A stretch of DNA of 64,000 bases, taken from an uncultured Pelagibacteraceae bacterium (lineage in GTDB: Bacteria; Pseudomonadota; Alphaproteobacteria; Pelagibacterales; Pelagibacteraceae). The notes below the pieces were generated by a model. That model had not been told where the DNA came from and did not search any database. It was given only the letters and a program-made list of their open reading frames with translations. Location of the stretch: contig CACJXK010000004.1 of the NCBI GenBank assembly GCA_902597335.1, positions 57,981 through 121,980 on the forward strand. Direction: 5' to 3'. Position 1 is the first letter of the stretch, and each line of letters begins with the position of its first letter. Shown piece by piece: positions 9,758 to 18,887 of this stretch. Position numbers and translations under genes: made by a program.

Positions 9758-10306
9758 ATGAAAAAATTAATTTTAATTTTTTCAGTTTTATTGTTCCAAT
9801 TAAATTATTCATTTGCCAATGATAAAGTTATTGAGTCTTTAAAAGAGGGAGGCAAACTTATATTTATAAGACATGCACTTGCCCCAGGTAGTGGTGATCC
9901 AGAAAATTTTGAATTGCAAAACTGTTCTACTCAAAGAAATTTAAATGAAATAGGAATTCAGCAATCAAAAAAAATTGGATTAATTTTAAAAAAAAATGAG
10001 ATTAAAATTGATAATATTTATTCTAGCGAGTGGTGCAGATGTAAAGATACTGCAAAATATGCTTTTGATGAATTTGAGACATTTGACGCTCTAAATTCAT
10101 TCTACGATATAAGATTTGCAGCTAATGAAGATAAACAGATAAAAGATTTTTATGAATTTATAGACAGCATAGATAGTAAAAATAATATTGTATTTGTTAC
10201 GCACTACGTAGTTATTGGGGCAATTTTAAATATTGGAACATCTTCTGGTGAAATAGTTGTGACAGATAAAAACTTGAATATTATTGGATCAATCGATACT
10301 TTATAA
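9758..10306 (+). CDS. Exported histidine phosphatase (phosphoglycerate mutase superfamily) protein
   Basis: Signal peptide. IFIRHA, QRNLNEIG, YSSEWCRCKDTA and VTH motifs. Confidence 0.8.
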   Translation: MKKLILIFSVLLFQLNYSFANDKVIESLKEGGKLIFIRHALAPGSGDPENFELQNCSTQRNLNEIGIQQSKKIGLILKKNEIKIDNIYSSEWCRCKDTAKYAFDEFETFDALNSFYDIRFAANEDKQIKDFYEFIDSIDSKNNIVFVTHYVVIGAILNIGTSSGEIVVTDKNLNIIGSIDTL

Positions 10307-10318
10307 TATATATAAATT

Positions 10319-10510
10319 ATGAAAACGATCTTTGTTATAGGCTCCAAAAAACATACACTTAAGTACACAAGAAAAATGCCAGAAGGAGAAGTAAAAAAAA
10401 TGAAATCATTTGTGACAAACAAGGGTCAAAAATTAGAGAAAACATCTAAATTCAAAATTCTTAAAGTTTCCGAAGAAAAATCTGCAAGAACTTTTAAAAT
10501 TAATTTATAA
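10319..10510 (+). CDS. Small basic hypothetical protein (63 aa)
   Basis: Fills the gap between co-oriented genes with 12 and 23 nt spacing. Lys-rich, no recognised motif. Confidence 0.65.
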   Translation: MKTIFVIGSKKHTLKYTRKMPEGEVKKMKSFVTNKGQKLEKTSKFKILKVSEEKSARTFKINL

Positions 10511-10533
10511 ATTTTTTTAAAATCAAATAGAAA

Positions 10534-11682
10534 ATGAAGAATTCAAAAAGAAGCAATGTTGATCCCTTTATTGTAATGGATGTAATGGAGTCTGCTAGAA
10601 TAGCTGAGAAAAATGGCAAACATATTATACATATGGAAGTAGGGCAGCCAGGTACCCCAGCTCCAAAATTAGCAAAAAAATTTATTACTAAAGAAATATC
10701 TAATAATAACTTAGGCTATACAGTAACACTTGGACTTCCCGCTTTGAGAGAACGTATTTCCAAGTTATACGGAGATTGGTATAACATTGATTTAAATCCA
10801 AATAGAGTTGTAATAACCGTAGGTTCATCTGGAGCTTTTATTTTATCTTTTACATCTTTGTTTAATATTGGTGATAGAGTGGGTATAGCAGCACCTGGCT
10901 ATCCTAGTTACCGACAAATTTTAAAAGCTCAAGATTTAATTCCAGTAGATATTCAAACTGAAATACAAAATAAATTTCAGCCAATACCTGATGATATAAA
11001 AAAAAATAATTTAAACGGTATCCTTGTTGCATCTCCTGCAAATCCTACTGGATCGATGGTTGACAAGGAAACTCTAAAAAATTTAATAAACGCTGCACAT
11101 GAGAATAATGTAAGCTTTATAAGTGATGAAATATACCACGGTATTCAATATGAAAATAATCCCACAACAGCGTTAGAAATAACAGACAGATGTTATGTTA
11201 TAAATTCTTTTTCTAAATATTTTTCAATGACAGGTTGGCGAATAGGCTGGATGATTGTTCCAGAAGATCATGTAAGGCAAGTAGAAAGATTATCACAAAA
11301 TTTATTTATATGTCCACCACATGTAAGCCAATTAACAGCGTTATCGGCAATGGACGCTGATATTGAACTAAATGAAAATGTAAATGTTTATAAAAAAAAT
11401 AGAGAAATACTTTTAGAAGAATTACCTAAAGCCGGATTAGGAAAATTTTCTCCTCCTGATGGTGCATTTTATATTTATGTTGATATTTCTAAATACTCTA
11501 ATGAAAGCCTTAATTTTTGTAAAGAAGTGCTAGATAAAGCTGGAGTTGCAATAACTCCTGGATTAGACTTTGATCAAAAAAGAGGTAATTCTACGATACG
11601 ATTTTCTTACGCCAGAAGTACCGATGATATTGTTGAGGGCATGAAAAGAATTAACTTATTCATGAATGAAAATTACTTGTAA
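10534..11682 (+). CDS. PLP-dependent class I/II aminotransferase (aspartate aminotransferase-like)
   Basis: HMEVGQP, SPANPTG, ISDEIYHG, NSFSKYFSMTGWRIGW (PLP lysine) and PDGAFY. Confidence 0.9.
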   Translation: MKNSKRSNVDPFIVMDVMESARIAEKNGKHIIHMEVGQPGTPAPKLAKKFITKEISNNNLGYTVTLGLPALRERISKLYGDWYNIDLNPNRVVITVGSSGAFILSFTSLFNIGDRVGIAAPGYPSYRQILKAQDLIPVDIQTEIQNKFQPIPDDIKKNNLNGILVASPANPTGSMVDKETLKNLINAAHENNVSFISDEIYHGIQYENNPTTALEITDRCYVINSFSKYFSMTGWRIGWMIVPEDHVRQVERLSQNLFICPPHVSQLTALSAMDADIELNENVNVYKKNREILLEELPKAGLGKFSPPDGAFYIYVDISKYSNESLNFCKEVLDKAGVAITPGLDFDQKRGNSTIRFSYARSTDDIVEGMKRINLFMNENYL

Positions 11683-11687
11683 GTAAT

Positions 11688-12254
11688 ATGAGAAAAATAA
11701 TTATATTATTTTTAATTTGTTTATCTTTTAATTTCCAATATTCTTCATCAATGGCATACGAAGAAGCTTCATATAATGTAGTTCATTCAACTGATACTTA
11801 TGAGATAAGACACTATAAAGATAGGTTGGTTGTAGAAGTTATTAATAAAAATGATGATAATAGTTTTAGAAAACTCTTTAGGTACATCTCAGGACAAAAC
11901 AATAAATCTGAAGAAATTAAAATGACAGTTCCAGTAACTCAAGGTGAAAAAGATGAAGGTTATTATATGCAATTCTATTTACCATCTAAATTTACAAAAG
12001 ATAATGCTCCTCTTCCAAATAACCCAGATATAAAAATTTCAACAATTAAAGAAGGTCATTTTGCAGTTATTCAATATTCCGGAAGAGCATCTGATAATAA
12101 TTTTTTAAAACACAGAGATATTCTTAATCAAAAGCTTCTTAAAGATAATATAAATATTAACGGACCTGCAATAAGAGCGACATATAATGGTCCCTTTACA
12201 TTACCTATGATGAGAAGAAATGAAGTAATGTTTAAAGTCTCCTGGAATAAATAA
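11688..12254 (+). CDS. SOUL family heme-binding protein, exported
   Basis: Signal peptide. YEIRHY, FRKLFRYISG.N, IKMTVPV and YNGPFTLP..RRNEV. Confidence 0.85.
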   Translation: MRKIIILFLICLSFNFQYSSSMAYEEASYNVVHSTDTYEIRHYKDRLVVEVINKNDDNSFRKLFRYISGQNNKSEEIKMTVPVTQGEKDEGYYMQFYLPSKFTKDNAPLPNNPDIKISTIKEGHFAVIQYSGRASDNNFLKHRDILNQKLLKDNININGPAIRATYNGPFTLPMMRRNEVMFKVSWNK

Positions 12255-12330
12255 CTTCTAAAAACCTTTTTGTCATATCGTATAAAAACAATATCTGTGT
12301 TTTATCGTCTCTTAATCAGAAAGGTAATGT

Positions 12331-12732
12331 ATGAAAAAAATAATAATCACTCTATTTTCAATATTTGTTATAAATAATTCAGTTTTAGCTGATGGACATG
12401 TAAAGAGAATTATATCTACAAGTCAAACTGGAATGGGTAACGATATAGTATATCCTTCAGGTAAAGCAAAGATAACTGCTTTTGAGTTTAATGTTCCCGT
12501 TGGAGGTCCAGTTGTTCCTCACACCCACTCTTTTCCCGTATTAATAATGATTCAGCAAGGAGAGATCGAACTTACACAAGGTGGTAAAAGTTATATCTAT
12601 AAAGCCGGAGATGCATTTGTAGAGGATGTAGGTGTAGTCCATGAATCAAAAAATATTGGAGATGTTCCTGTTAAAGCGATTGTTGTTGCGATGGGAGTTG
12701 AAGGTCAAAAAATTATGACACCAGTAAAATAG
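12331..12732 (+). CDS. Exported cupin-domain protein
   Basis: Signal peptide. Cupin motifs PHTH...GE and YKAGDAFVE....H...N. RBS AAAGG. Confidence 0.8.
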   Translation: MKKIIITLFSIFVINNSVLADGHVKRIISTSQTGMGNDIVYPSGKAKITAFEFNVPVGGPVVPHTHSFPVLIMIQQGEIELTQGGKSYIYKAGDAFVEDVGVVHESKNIGDVPVKAIVVAMGVEGQKIMTPVK

Positions 12733-12743
12733 GTAAAGAAAAA

Positions 12744-12775
12744 ATATGGGGCATATAAATATGATTGCCCCATAT
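12744..12775. terminator. Hairpin between convergent genes, likely bidirectional terminator
   Basis: Perfect 10-bp stem ATATGGGGCA / TGCCCCATAT. The upstream A-run gives a U-tail on the minus strand. Confidence 0.75.
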
Positions 12776-12788
12776 CTCATTCTTTAAG

Positions 12789-12980
12789 CTAAAACTTTTT
12801 AGCCTCTTTCTTTAAGTGACCTAATGTTTCTCCTGAATTTTTTCCAGATTTGATAACGTATCCACTTGTACCATTTGCATTAGTTTCCACAGTTTTCAAG
12901 TTTCGAAACATAAGTTGATTTAGCCTAGCGTTCTTTGAGCCTCGGCTAAACGAACTTAACACTCTGTGCATTCTTTTCAT
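12789..12980 (-). CDS. Small basic hypothetical protein (63 aa)
   Basis: Strong RBS AAGGAGAG just upstream of the ATG, with its own promoter and terminator (monocistronic unit). Confidence 0.8.
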   Translation of the reverse strand: MKRMHRVLSSFSRGSKNARLNQLMFRNLKTVETNANGTSGYVIKSGKNSGETLGHLKKEAKKF

Positions 12981-13058
12981 ACACTCTCCTTGTTTGTTTT
13001 TCCAAAACTCGCTTTTAACCGATGCGATATCGGTCTCTTTTTTACCATGAGATATGGT
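12981..13058 (-). ncRNA. Candidate cis-regulatory 5'-UTR RNA with two tandem H-type pseudoknot units
   Basis: Minus strand reads ACCAU-AUCUC-AUGGU-AAAAAA-GAG(A), then ACCGAU-AUCGC-AUCGGU-UAAAA-GCGA. Loop/tail pairing covaries (UCUC:GAGA vs UCGC:GCGA). Confidence 0.65.
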
Positions 13059-13064
13059 AAACGT

Positions 13065-13093
13065 AATTTACCATTTTAGAAAATTGATTTCAA
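13065..13093 (-). promoter_or_regulatory. Sigma70-type promoter driving the structured leader and the 63-aa gene
   Basis: TTGAAA (13093-13088), 17 nt, TAAATT (13070-13065). Predicted +1 is A13058, the first base of pseudoknot unit 1. Confidence 0.65.
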
Positions 13094-13152
13094 ATTATTA
13101 AAAAAAATAAAAGATCAAAATGGGTTTTATTAATTATATTTATCAACAAAAT

Positions 13153-14307
13153 TTAATTAGAATTAAATTTAATCCATTTACTATTGTTCTTACTTGATTT
13201 GATAACGTTTTCTATAAACTTCATACCATCAATTCCATCATCAATCGTAGGGTAACAATTATTTGACTTATCATATTCTTGTCTATCTATTTTAGCTGAT
13301 AGCTCTTTACAAACATCACTATAAATATTAGCAAAACCTTCCAAATAACCTTCTGGATGACCTTGAGGAATTCTTGTTACATTTTTAGCTTCATCACTAG
13401 TAATATTACTTCCTCTTGTAATGTTTTCAGAAGGGCTGCCAAATTTAGTATAACTCAAGTAATTTGGATCTTCTTGTCTCCACTCAATTCCAGCATTTTC
13501 TCCATATATTCTTATTTTGAGATTATTTTCATTTCCAACCGCTACTTGGCTTGACCATATTGACCCTTTTGCTCCCTCTTTGAATCTAAGCATTATTTGT
13601 GCATTATCATCTACTTTTCTCCCTTCAACAAATGTATGAATATCAGCTGAAATTTCATCTACCTCCAATCCAGTTATAAACCTAATCAAATTGTAAGCAT
13701 GCGTTCCAATATCTCCTATACAACCACCAGCGCCGGATCTATTTGGATCAGTTCTCCATTCAGCTTGCTTTAATCCACTATCCTCTACTTTTGTTGTTAA
13801 CCAATCTTGTGGATATTCAGCTTGAATAACTCTTAAAGAACCCAAGTCCCCTTTTTGGACTAAAGATCTTGCATGTCGAACCATAGGATATCCAGTGTAA
13901 TTATGCGTCAAAGCAAATATTAATTTTTTGCTTTCAATTACCTTTTTAAGATCTATTGCTTCCTCACTAGACATACCAATCGGCTTATCACAAATAATAT
14001 GTATCCCTTTTTCTGCAAAAATTTTTGCAATAGGCACATGTAAATGATTTGGTGTTACTATTGAAACTACATCAATTCCATCAGGTCTAGTTGACTCTTT
14101 TTCTGCCATCTCTTGATAGGTTTTATAGATCCTATCATTTTCTAGACCAAGATCTTTTCCAGTTTCTTTTGAATTTTCAAGGTCAGACGAAAATGACCCT
14201 GCAACTAATTCATAATACCCATCAAGTCTTAAAGCTATTCTATGAACACTTCCAATAAAAGCATCTTTACCACCCCCGACCATACCGATGCGTATTTTTC
14301 TACTCAT
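13153..14307 (-). CDS. Gfo/Idh/MocA family NAD(P)-dependent oxidoreductase
   Basis: IGMVGGG..AFIG..HR, IVTPNHLH, IICDKP, GDIGTH and GHPEGYLEGFANIY. Confidence 0.9.
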   Translation of the reverse strand: MSRKIRIGMVGGGKDAFIGSVHRIALRLDGYYELVAGSFSSDLENSKETGKDLGLENDRIYKTYQEMAEKESTRPDGIDVVSIVTPNHLHVPIAKIFAEKGIHIICDKPIGMSSEEAIDLKKVIESKKLIFALTHNYTGYPMVRHARSLVQKGDLGSLRVIQAEYPQDWLTTKVEDSGLKQAEWRTDPNRSGAGGCIGDIGTHAYNLIRFITGLEVDEISADIHTFVEGRKVDDNAQIMLRFKEGAKGSIWSSQVAVGNENNLKIRIYGENAGIEWRQEDPNYLSYTKFGSPSENITRGSNITSDEAKNVTRIPQGHPEGYLEGFANIYSDVCKELSAKIDRQEYDKSNNCYPTIDDGIDGMKFIENVIKSSKNNSKWIKFNSN

Positions 14308-15362
14308 TAATTAATGCCAAGCATTTTTTTGTTTGCTTCATGGTCTGCTCCGCTACCTGCAAAATCATCAAAAGCTTTTTCTGTTGTATTAATTATATGA
14401 TTTTTAATAAATTCTGCTCCCTCTCTTGCTCCATCTTCGGGATGCTTAAGACAGCATTCCCATTCAAGAACTGCCCAACCATCGTAATCATATGAAGTTA
14501 GTTTTGAAAATATGGATTTAAAATCAACTTGTCCATCGCCAAGCGATCTAAATCTACCAGCTCTATTTACCCATGATTGAAATCCACCATACACACCTTG
14601 TTTTCCAGATGGATTTAATTCAGCATCTTTAACGTGAAACATTTTTATCTTCTCATGATAAATATCAATATGAGCTAAATAATCTAAATGTTGCAGAACA
14701 TAATGACTTGGATCAAAAAGCATATTACATCTTTTGTGATTACCAACTCTTTCTAAGAACATTTCAAAAGTTACACCATCATGAAGATCTTCACCTGGAT
14801 GTATCTCATAACATAAATCAACTCCATTATTATCAAAATGATCAAGAATGGGCTTCCATCTTTTTGATAATTCATCAAATGCATTTTCAATTAACCCTTC
14901 AGGTCTTTGTGGCCAAGGGTAAACATAAGGCCAAGCAAGTGCTCCTGAAAAAGTTACATGTTTATCTATTCCAAGACTGTTTGATGCCTTTCCAGCCATC
15001 ATTAATTGATTTACGGCCCACTCTTGTCTTGCTTTGGGATTTCCTCTTACTTCAGGTGCAGCAAAACCATCAAAAGCAGTGTCATAAGCAGGATGCACTG
15101 CAACAAGTTGACCTTGCAGGTGAGTTGATAATTCTGTAATTTCTAAATTGTGTGATCTAGCAATTCCTTTAATCTCATCACAATAATCTTTACTTTCAGA
15201 TGCTTTTTTTAAATCAATTAATCTACCGTCCCAACTTGGAATTTGTATACCTTCGTAACCAAGAGATGATGCCCATTTACAAATATTATCTAAAGAATTA
15301 AACGGTGCATCTTCGCCTACAAATTGTGCTAGGAAAATTGCAGGACCTTTTATTTTGTTCAT
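14307..15362 (-). CDS. Xylose-isomerase-like TIM-barrel (AP_endonuc_2) sugar isomerase/epimerase/lyase
   Basis: KGPAIFLAQF, YEIHPGEDLHDG, FDPSH, FHVKDAE and VLEWE metal ligands. RBS AGGGG. Translationally coupled to the oxidoreductase. Confidence 0.88.
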   Translation of the reverse strand: MNKIKGPAIFLAQFVGEDAPFNSLDNICKWASSLGYEGIQIPSWDGRLIDLKKASESKDYCDEIKGIARSHNLEITELSTHLQGQLVAVHPAYDTAFDGFAAPEVRGNPKARQEWAVNQLMMAGKASNSLGIDKHVTFSGALAWPYVYPWPQRPEGLIENAFDELSKRWKPILDHFDNNGVDLCYEIHPGEDLHDGVTFEMFLERVGNHKRCNMLFDPSHYVLQHLDYLAHIDIYHEKIKMFHVKDAELNPSGKQGVYGGFQSWVNRAGRFRSLGDGQVDFKSIFSKLTSYDYDGWAVLEWECCLKHPEDGAREGAEFIKNHIINTTEKAFDDFAGSGADHEANKKMLGIN

Positions 15363-15478
15363 AATTCCCCTTTCTCTTTATTTTTTTACCCAACTATTTT
15401 TTACAAAAAAAATACTAGCAGGCACAAGTCTTCTTGGATAGACTATTATTAAGAATAATTAAATTAATAGGAGATAAA

Positions 15479-16783
15479 ATGAAAAAAATAATGATTTTAT
15501 TGTTTGTTTCTCTATTTACTTTTTCTGCAAATTCAAATGCTAAGTCAATAACATTAGGATGGGCCGCATGGGACCCTGCTAACGCATTACAAGAACTTAC
15601 TAAAGAGTTTACAGCAGAAACAGGAATAGATGTTAACTTCGAATTCGTACCTTGGCCAAATTTTGCTGATCGTATGTTGAACGAACTTAACAACAAAGGT
15701 AAAACTTTTGACTTGTTAATTGGTGACTCACAATGGATCGGTGCTGGTGCAGTGTATGGACATTACGTAAAATTGAATGACTTTTTTGATAAAGAAGGAA
15801 TTTCAATGAACGATTTCTCACCTGCAACAGTTTATGCGTATTCAACATGGCCAAAAGGAAGTGAAAACTATTATGCACTACCAGCTATGGGAGATGCATT
15901 AGCATGGGCTTATAGAAAAGACTGGTTTGATAGACCTGAGCTTAAATCTGAATTCAAAAAGAAACATGGTTATGATTTAGGTGTACCTGCTAGTTGGGAT
16001 CAGCTATATGACATGTGTACTTTTTTTCAAGGAAGAGAAATTGATGGTCAAAAAAGATACGGTGCTGCTATAAATACAGAGCGTGGATCCGAAGGTATTA
16101 CAATGGGTGTAACTGCTGCTATGTATGCATGGGGTATGGAGTATGAAAATCCAAACAAACCATACGATATGGAAGGTTATTTCAATTCTCCACAAGCAGT
16201 AGAAGCTGTAGAGTTCTATAGAAAATTATATGAGGACTGTGCTCCTCCAGGACACTCTGATGCTTATATGGTAGCAAACTTAGATGCATATAAATCAGGA
16301 CAAGTAGCATTCCAAATGAACTGGTATGCTTTTTGGCCAGGTGTTTCTAAAGAAGATAGCGACGGCAGAGTTAGTGGTTTCTTTGCAAATCCAAAACAAA
16401 ACGTAGCTGCTGCAACATTAGGTGGACAAGGTATATCTGTTGTTAAATATTCAGATAAACAAGATCTTGCATTAGAATATATTAAATGGTTTGCAAGACC
16501 AGATGTACAGCAAAAATGGTGGGATTTAGGCGGATATTCATGTCATAATGATGTATTAAATTCACCATCGTTCCCTACATCTACAGTTTATGCACAAGGT
16601 TTCTTAGACTCAATGGGAATTGTTAAAGATTTTTGGCAAGAACCAACATTTGTTGAGTTAATGTTACCTATGCAGGAAGCTATTCATGATTACGTTGTTA
16701 ATGGAAAAGGAACTGCTAAAGGCGCTCTAGATAAAATTATCGAAGAGTGGGTTGAAGTATTTGAAGCAGACGGAAAACTTTAA
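15479..16783 (+). CDS. Carbohydrate ABC transporter substrate-binding protein (CUT1)
   Basis: Start moved to ATG 15479 (AGGAG RBS, signal peptide MKKIMILL...SNA). WAAWDPA, DSQWIG, YRKDWF and LGGQGISV. Confidence 0.9.
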   Translation: MKKIMILLFVSLFTFSANSNAKSITLGWAAWDPANALQELTKEFTAETGIDVNFEFVPWPNFADRMLNELNNKGKTFDLLIGDSQWIGAGAVYGHYVKLNDFFDKEGISMNDFSPATVYAYSTWPKGSENYYALPAMGDALAWAYRKDWFDRPELKSEFKKKHGYDLGVPASWDQLYDMCTFFQGREIDGQKRYGAAINTERGSEGITMGVTAAMYAWGMEYENPNKPYDMEGYFNSPQAVEAVEFYRKLYEDCAPPGHSDAYMVANLDAYKSGQVAFQMNWYAFWPGVSKEDSDGRVSGFFANPKQNVAAATLGGQGISVVKYSDKQDLALEYIKWFARPDVQQKWWDLGGYSCHNDVLNSPSFPTSTVYAQGFLDSMGIVKDFWQEPTFVELMLPMQEAIHDYVVNGKGTAKGALDKIIEEWVEVFEADGKL

Positions 16784-16800
16784 CATTAATATTTAAAAAT

Positions 16801-16840
16801 AAAAAAAAAAAAGGGGGGGGTAATATCTCCCCTTTTTTTT
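16801..16840 (+). terminator. Intra-operonic hairpin/terminator after the SBP gene
   Basis: A12-G8-TAATAT-CTCCCC-T8. Confidence 0.75.
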
Positions 16841-16851
16841 AAAAAAATCAT

Positions 16852-17751
16852 ATGAGCGTAAAAAAAAAATTTAAAGGACTTTCTGATAAGGCTGTAGCAT
16901 GGCTTTTCATTGGACCATCTGTTTTTCTTTTATTGGCGATAAATATTTATCCATTGATTTATGCAATCAGAATGTCTTTTACAAATTTTTATGCAAATAA
17001 AATTGGCAGAGAACCACAGTTTGTTGGTTTAAAAAATTATATAAAAGTTCTCAATAAAGAGGCCATATGGGAAAAAATGCAGGTTACTGCAAACTTTATG
17101 TTTTGGACTTTGTTACTTCAGGCAGTAATAGGATTAGGTTTGGCTTTATTATTAAACAGGAAATTTAAAGGTAATGAATTATTAACCACACTAATAGTAT
17201 TACCAATGATGTTATCGCCTGCTGTTGTGGGTGTTTTTTGGACTTATCTTTATAATCCTCAAGTAGGTTTATTTAATTATGTAGTAAACTTTTTTTACGA
17301 TTTTGGAAGCTTTGATATGATTGGTTCAAGTGAACTCGCACCTTGGTCGATAGTTATAGTTGATACTTGGATGTGGACACCTTTTACAATGTTGATTTGT
17401 TTAGCCGGTCTAAGATCAGTTCCAAATTATTTATATGAAGCTGCTGAAGTTGACAGAGCTAGTAAATGGCAACAATTTATATACATCACACTACCATCTG
17501 TATTACCATTTTTATTATTGGCTTTGTTATTTAGAGGGATTGAGAATTTCAAAATGTTCGACATGGTCGTTGAACTTACATCTGGCGGTCCAGGTTCAGC
17601 TACAGAACTCGCCTCAATCAATTTAAAAAGAGAAGCATTTGAAAAATGGAAAACTGGTTACAGTTCAGCTTTTGCTGTCATTTTATTTGTAACTATTTTT
17701 GGTTTTGGAAATGTTTATGTAAAAGTAATGAATAAAATAAAGGAACGCTGA
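16852..17751 (+). CDS. Carbohydrate ABC transporter permease 1
   Basis: Hydrophobic helices. LPMMLSP, DTWMWTPF and the EAA loop LYEAAEVD. Confidence 0.92.
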   Translation: MSVKKKFKGLSDKAVAWLFIGPSVFLLLAINIYPLIYAIRMSFTNFYANKIGREPQFVGLKNYIKVLNKEAIWEKMQVTANFMFWTLLLQAVIGLGLALLLNRKFKGNELLTTLIVLPMMLSPAVVGVFWTYLYNPQVGLFNYVVNFFYDFGSFDMIGSSELAPWSIVIVDTWMWTPFTMLICLAGLRSVPNYLYEAAEVDRASKWQQFIYITLPSVLPFLLLALLFRGIENFKMFDMVVELTSGGPGSATELASINLKREAFEKWKTGYSSAFAVILFVTIFGFGNVYVKVMNKIKER

Positions 17752-18695
17752 TGGATACATCCAGATCATATTTAGAACCTTCATCGTTTTCAAAGAAACT
17801 TGCTGCAACAATTATTATTGTTTACACAGTAATAACATTGATACCTATTTCTTGGATGGTAATGACAAGTTTTAAGAATGTTAATAGTGCAATTTCTTAT
17901 CCACCTGAAGTACTGTTTGAACCATCTTTAGAGGGATATGTTAACTTGTTTACTAATAGATCAAGGCAATCTCAGGAATATCTTGACTCTTTGCCGGCTC
18001 CAGAAACTTGGTATGAAGAATTAGTTAGAAGTAGAGAAATGGTTATAACAGGGCCATCAAAATTTTTAGGTAGATACTCAAATTCAATGATAATTGGCTT
18101 TGGGTCAACTTTTGCATCCGTATTTTTGGGTGCATTAGCAGCGTATGCTTTCTCGAGATTTAGAGTTCCATTAAAAGATGATTTATTATTTTTTATTCTT
18201 TCCACCAGGATGTTTCCACCAATAGCGGTGGCTGTTCCAATATTCATTATGTATAGAAAATTAGGATTAGGGGATACTCACCTTGGAATGATCATATTAT
18301 ACACAGTCGTAAATTTAAGTTTAGCAGTATGGCTATTAAAAGGATTTATGGATGAAATTCCCAAAGAATACGAAGAAGCAGCTATGATTGATGGATATTC
18401 TAGACTTCAAGCGTTTTTTAAAGTTGTTCTTCCACAAGCGATGACCGGTATTGCTGCAACAGCAATCTTTTGCATGATTTTTTCCTGGAACGAATATGCA
18501 TTCGCTGTTCTCCTCACTCAATTTAATGCACAAACTGCTCCACCATTCATCCCGACAATTATAGGAGAAGGAGGTTTGGATTGGCCTGCTATTGGGGCTG
18601 GTACAACTTTATTTTTATTACCAGTGATGATTTTTACAATTATTTTAAGAAAACACCTTTTAAGAGGTATTACATTTGGAGCAGTGAGAAAATAA
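17751..18695 (+). CDS. Carbohydrate ABC transporter permease 2
   Basis: AAYAFSRF, EAA loop YEEAAMIDG, FSWNEY and LLRGITFG. Confidence 0.92.
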   Translation: MDTSRSYLEPSSFSKKLAATIIIVYTVITLIPISWMVMTSFKNVNSAISYPPEVLFEPSLEGYVNLFTNRSRQSQEYLDSLPAPETWYEELVRSREMVITGPSKFLGRYSNSMIIGFGSTFASVFLGALAAYAFSRFRVPLKDDLLFFILSTRMFPPIAVAVPIFIMYRKLGLGDTHLGMIILYTVVNLSLAVWLLKGFMDEIPKEYEEAAMIDGYSRLQAFFKVVLPQAMTGIAATAIFCMIFSWNEYAFAVLLTQFNAQTAPPFIPTIIGEGGLDWPAIGAGTTLFLLPVMIFTIILRKHLLRGITFGAVRK

Positions 18696-18886
18696 TGCAA
18701 GAAGAAAAATCATTTATGAGAAAAATATTTAGAAGGGTTTACTGGGAAAATTTTTCTACAGTATTAATTTTATTAGGAGTTTTCATGTTGTTACAACCAT
18801 TTGCAATGTGGATGTATACTTACTCATTTATTGTAATTTTAGTTGGAACTATAGGTTTCGTAATCACAAGTCACTTTCCGGATTAA
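18695..18886 (+). CDS. Small two-helix membrane protein within the ABC operon (63 aa)
   Basis: ATG overlaps the permease stop (TAATG) and the gene ends 1 nt before the ATPase start. Sequence MQEEKSFMRKIFRRVYWEN... has two hydrophobic helices. Confidence 0.8.
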   Translation: MQEEKSFMRKIFRRVYWENFSTVLILLGVFMLLQPFAMWMYTYSFIVILVGTIGFVITSHFPD

Positions 18887-18887
18887 T

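Noticed and set aside
6468-10510. tldD/pmbA plus a small peptide as a RiPP (microcin-like) cluster
   Set aside because: There is no YcaO, cyclodehydratase, radical SAM enzyme or exporter. The peptide lacks a Cys/Ser/Gly-rich core, and tldDE is widespread housekeeping.
13008-13035. Plus-strand TTTAACCG resembling a SAM-II core
   Set aside because: There is no downstream gene on the plus strand and the other SAM-II elements are missing. The minus-strand reading explains the sequence better.
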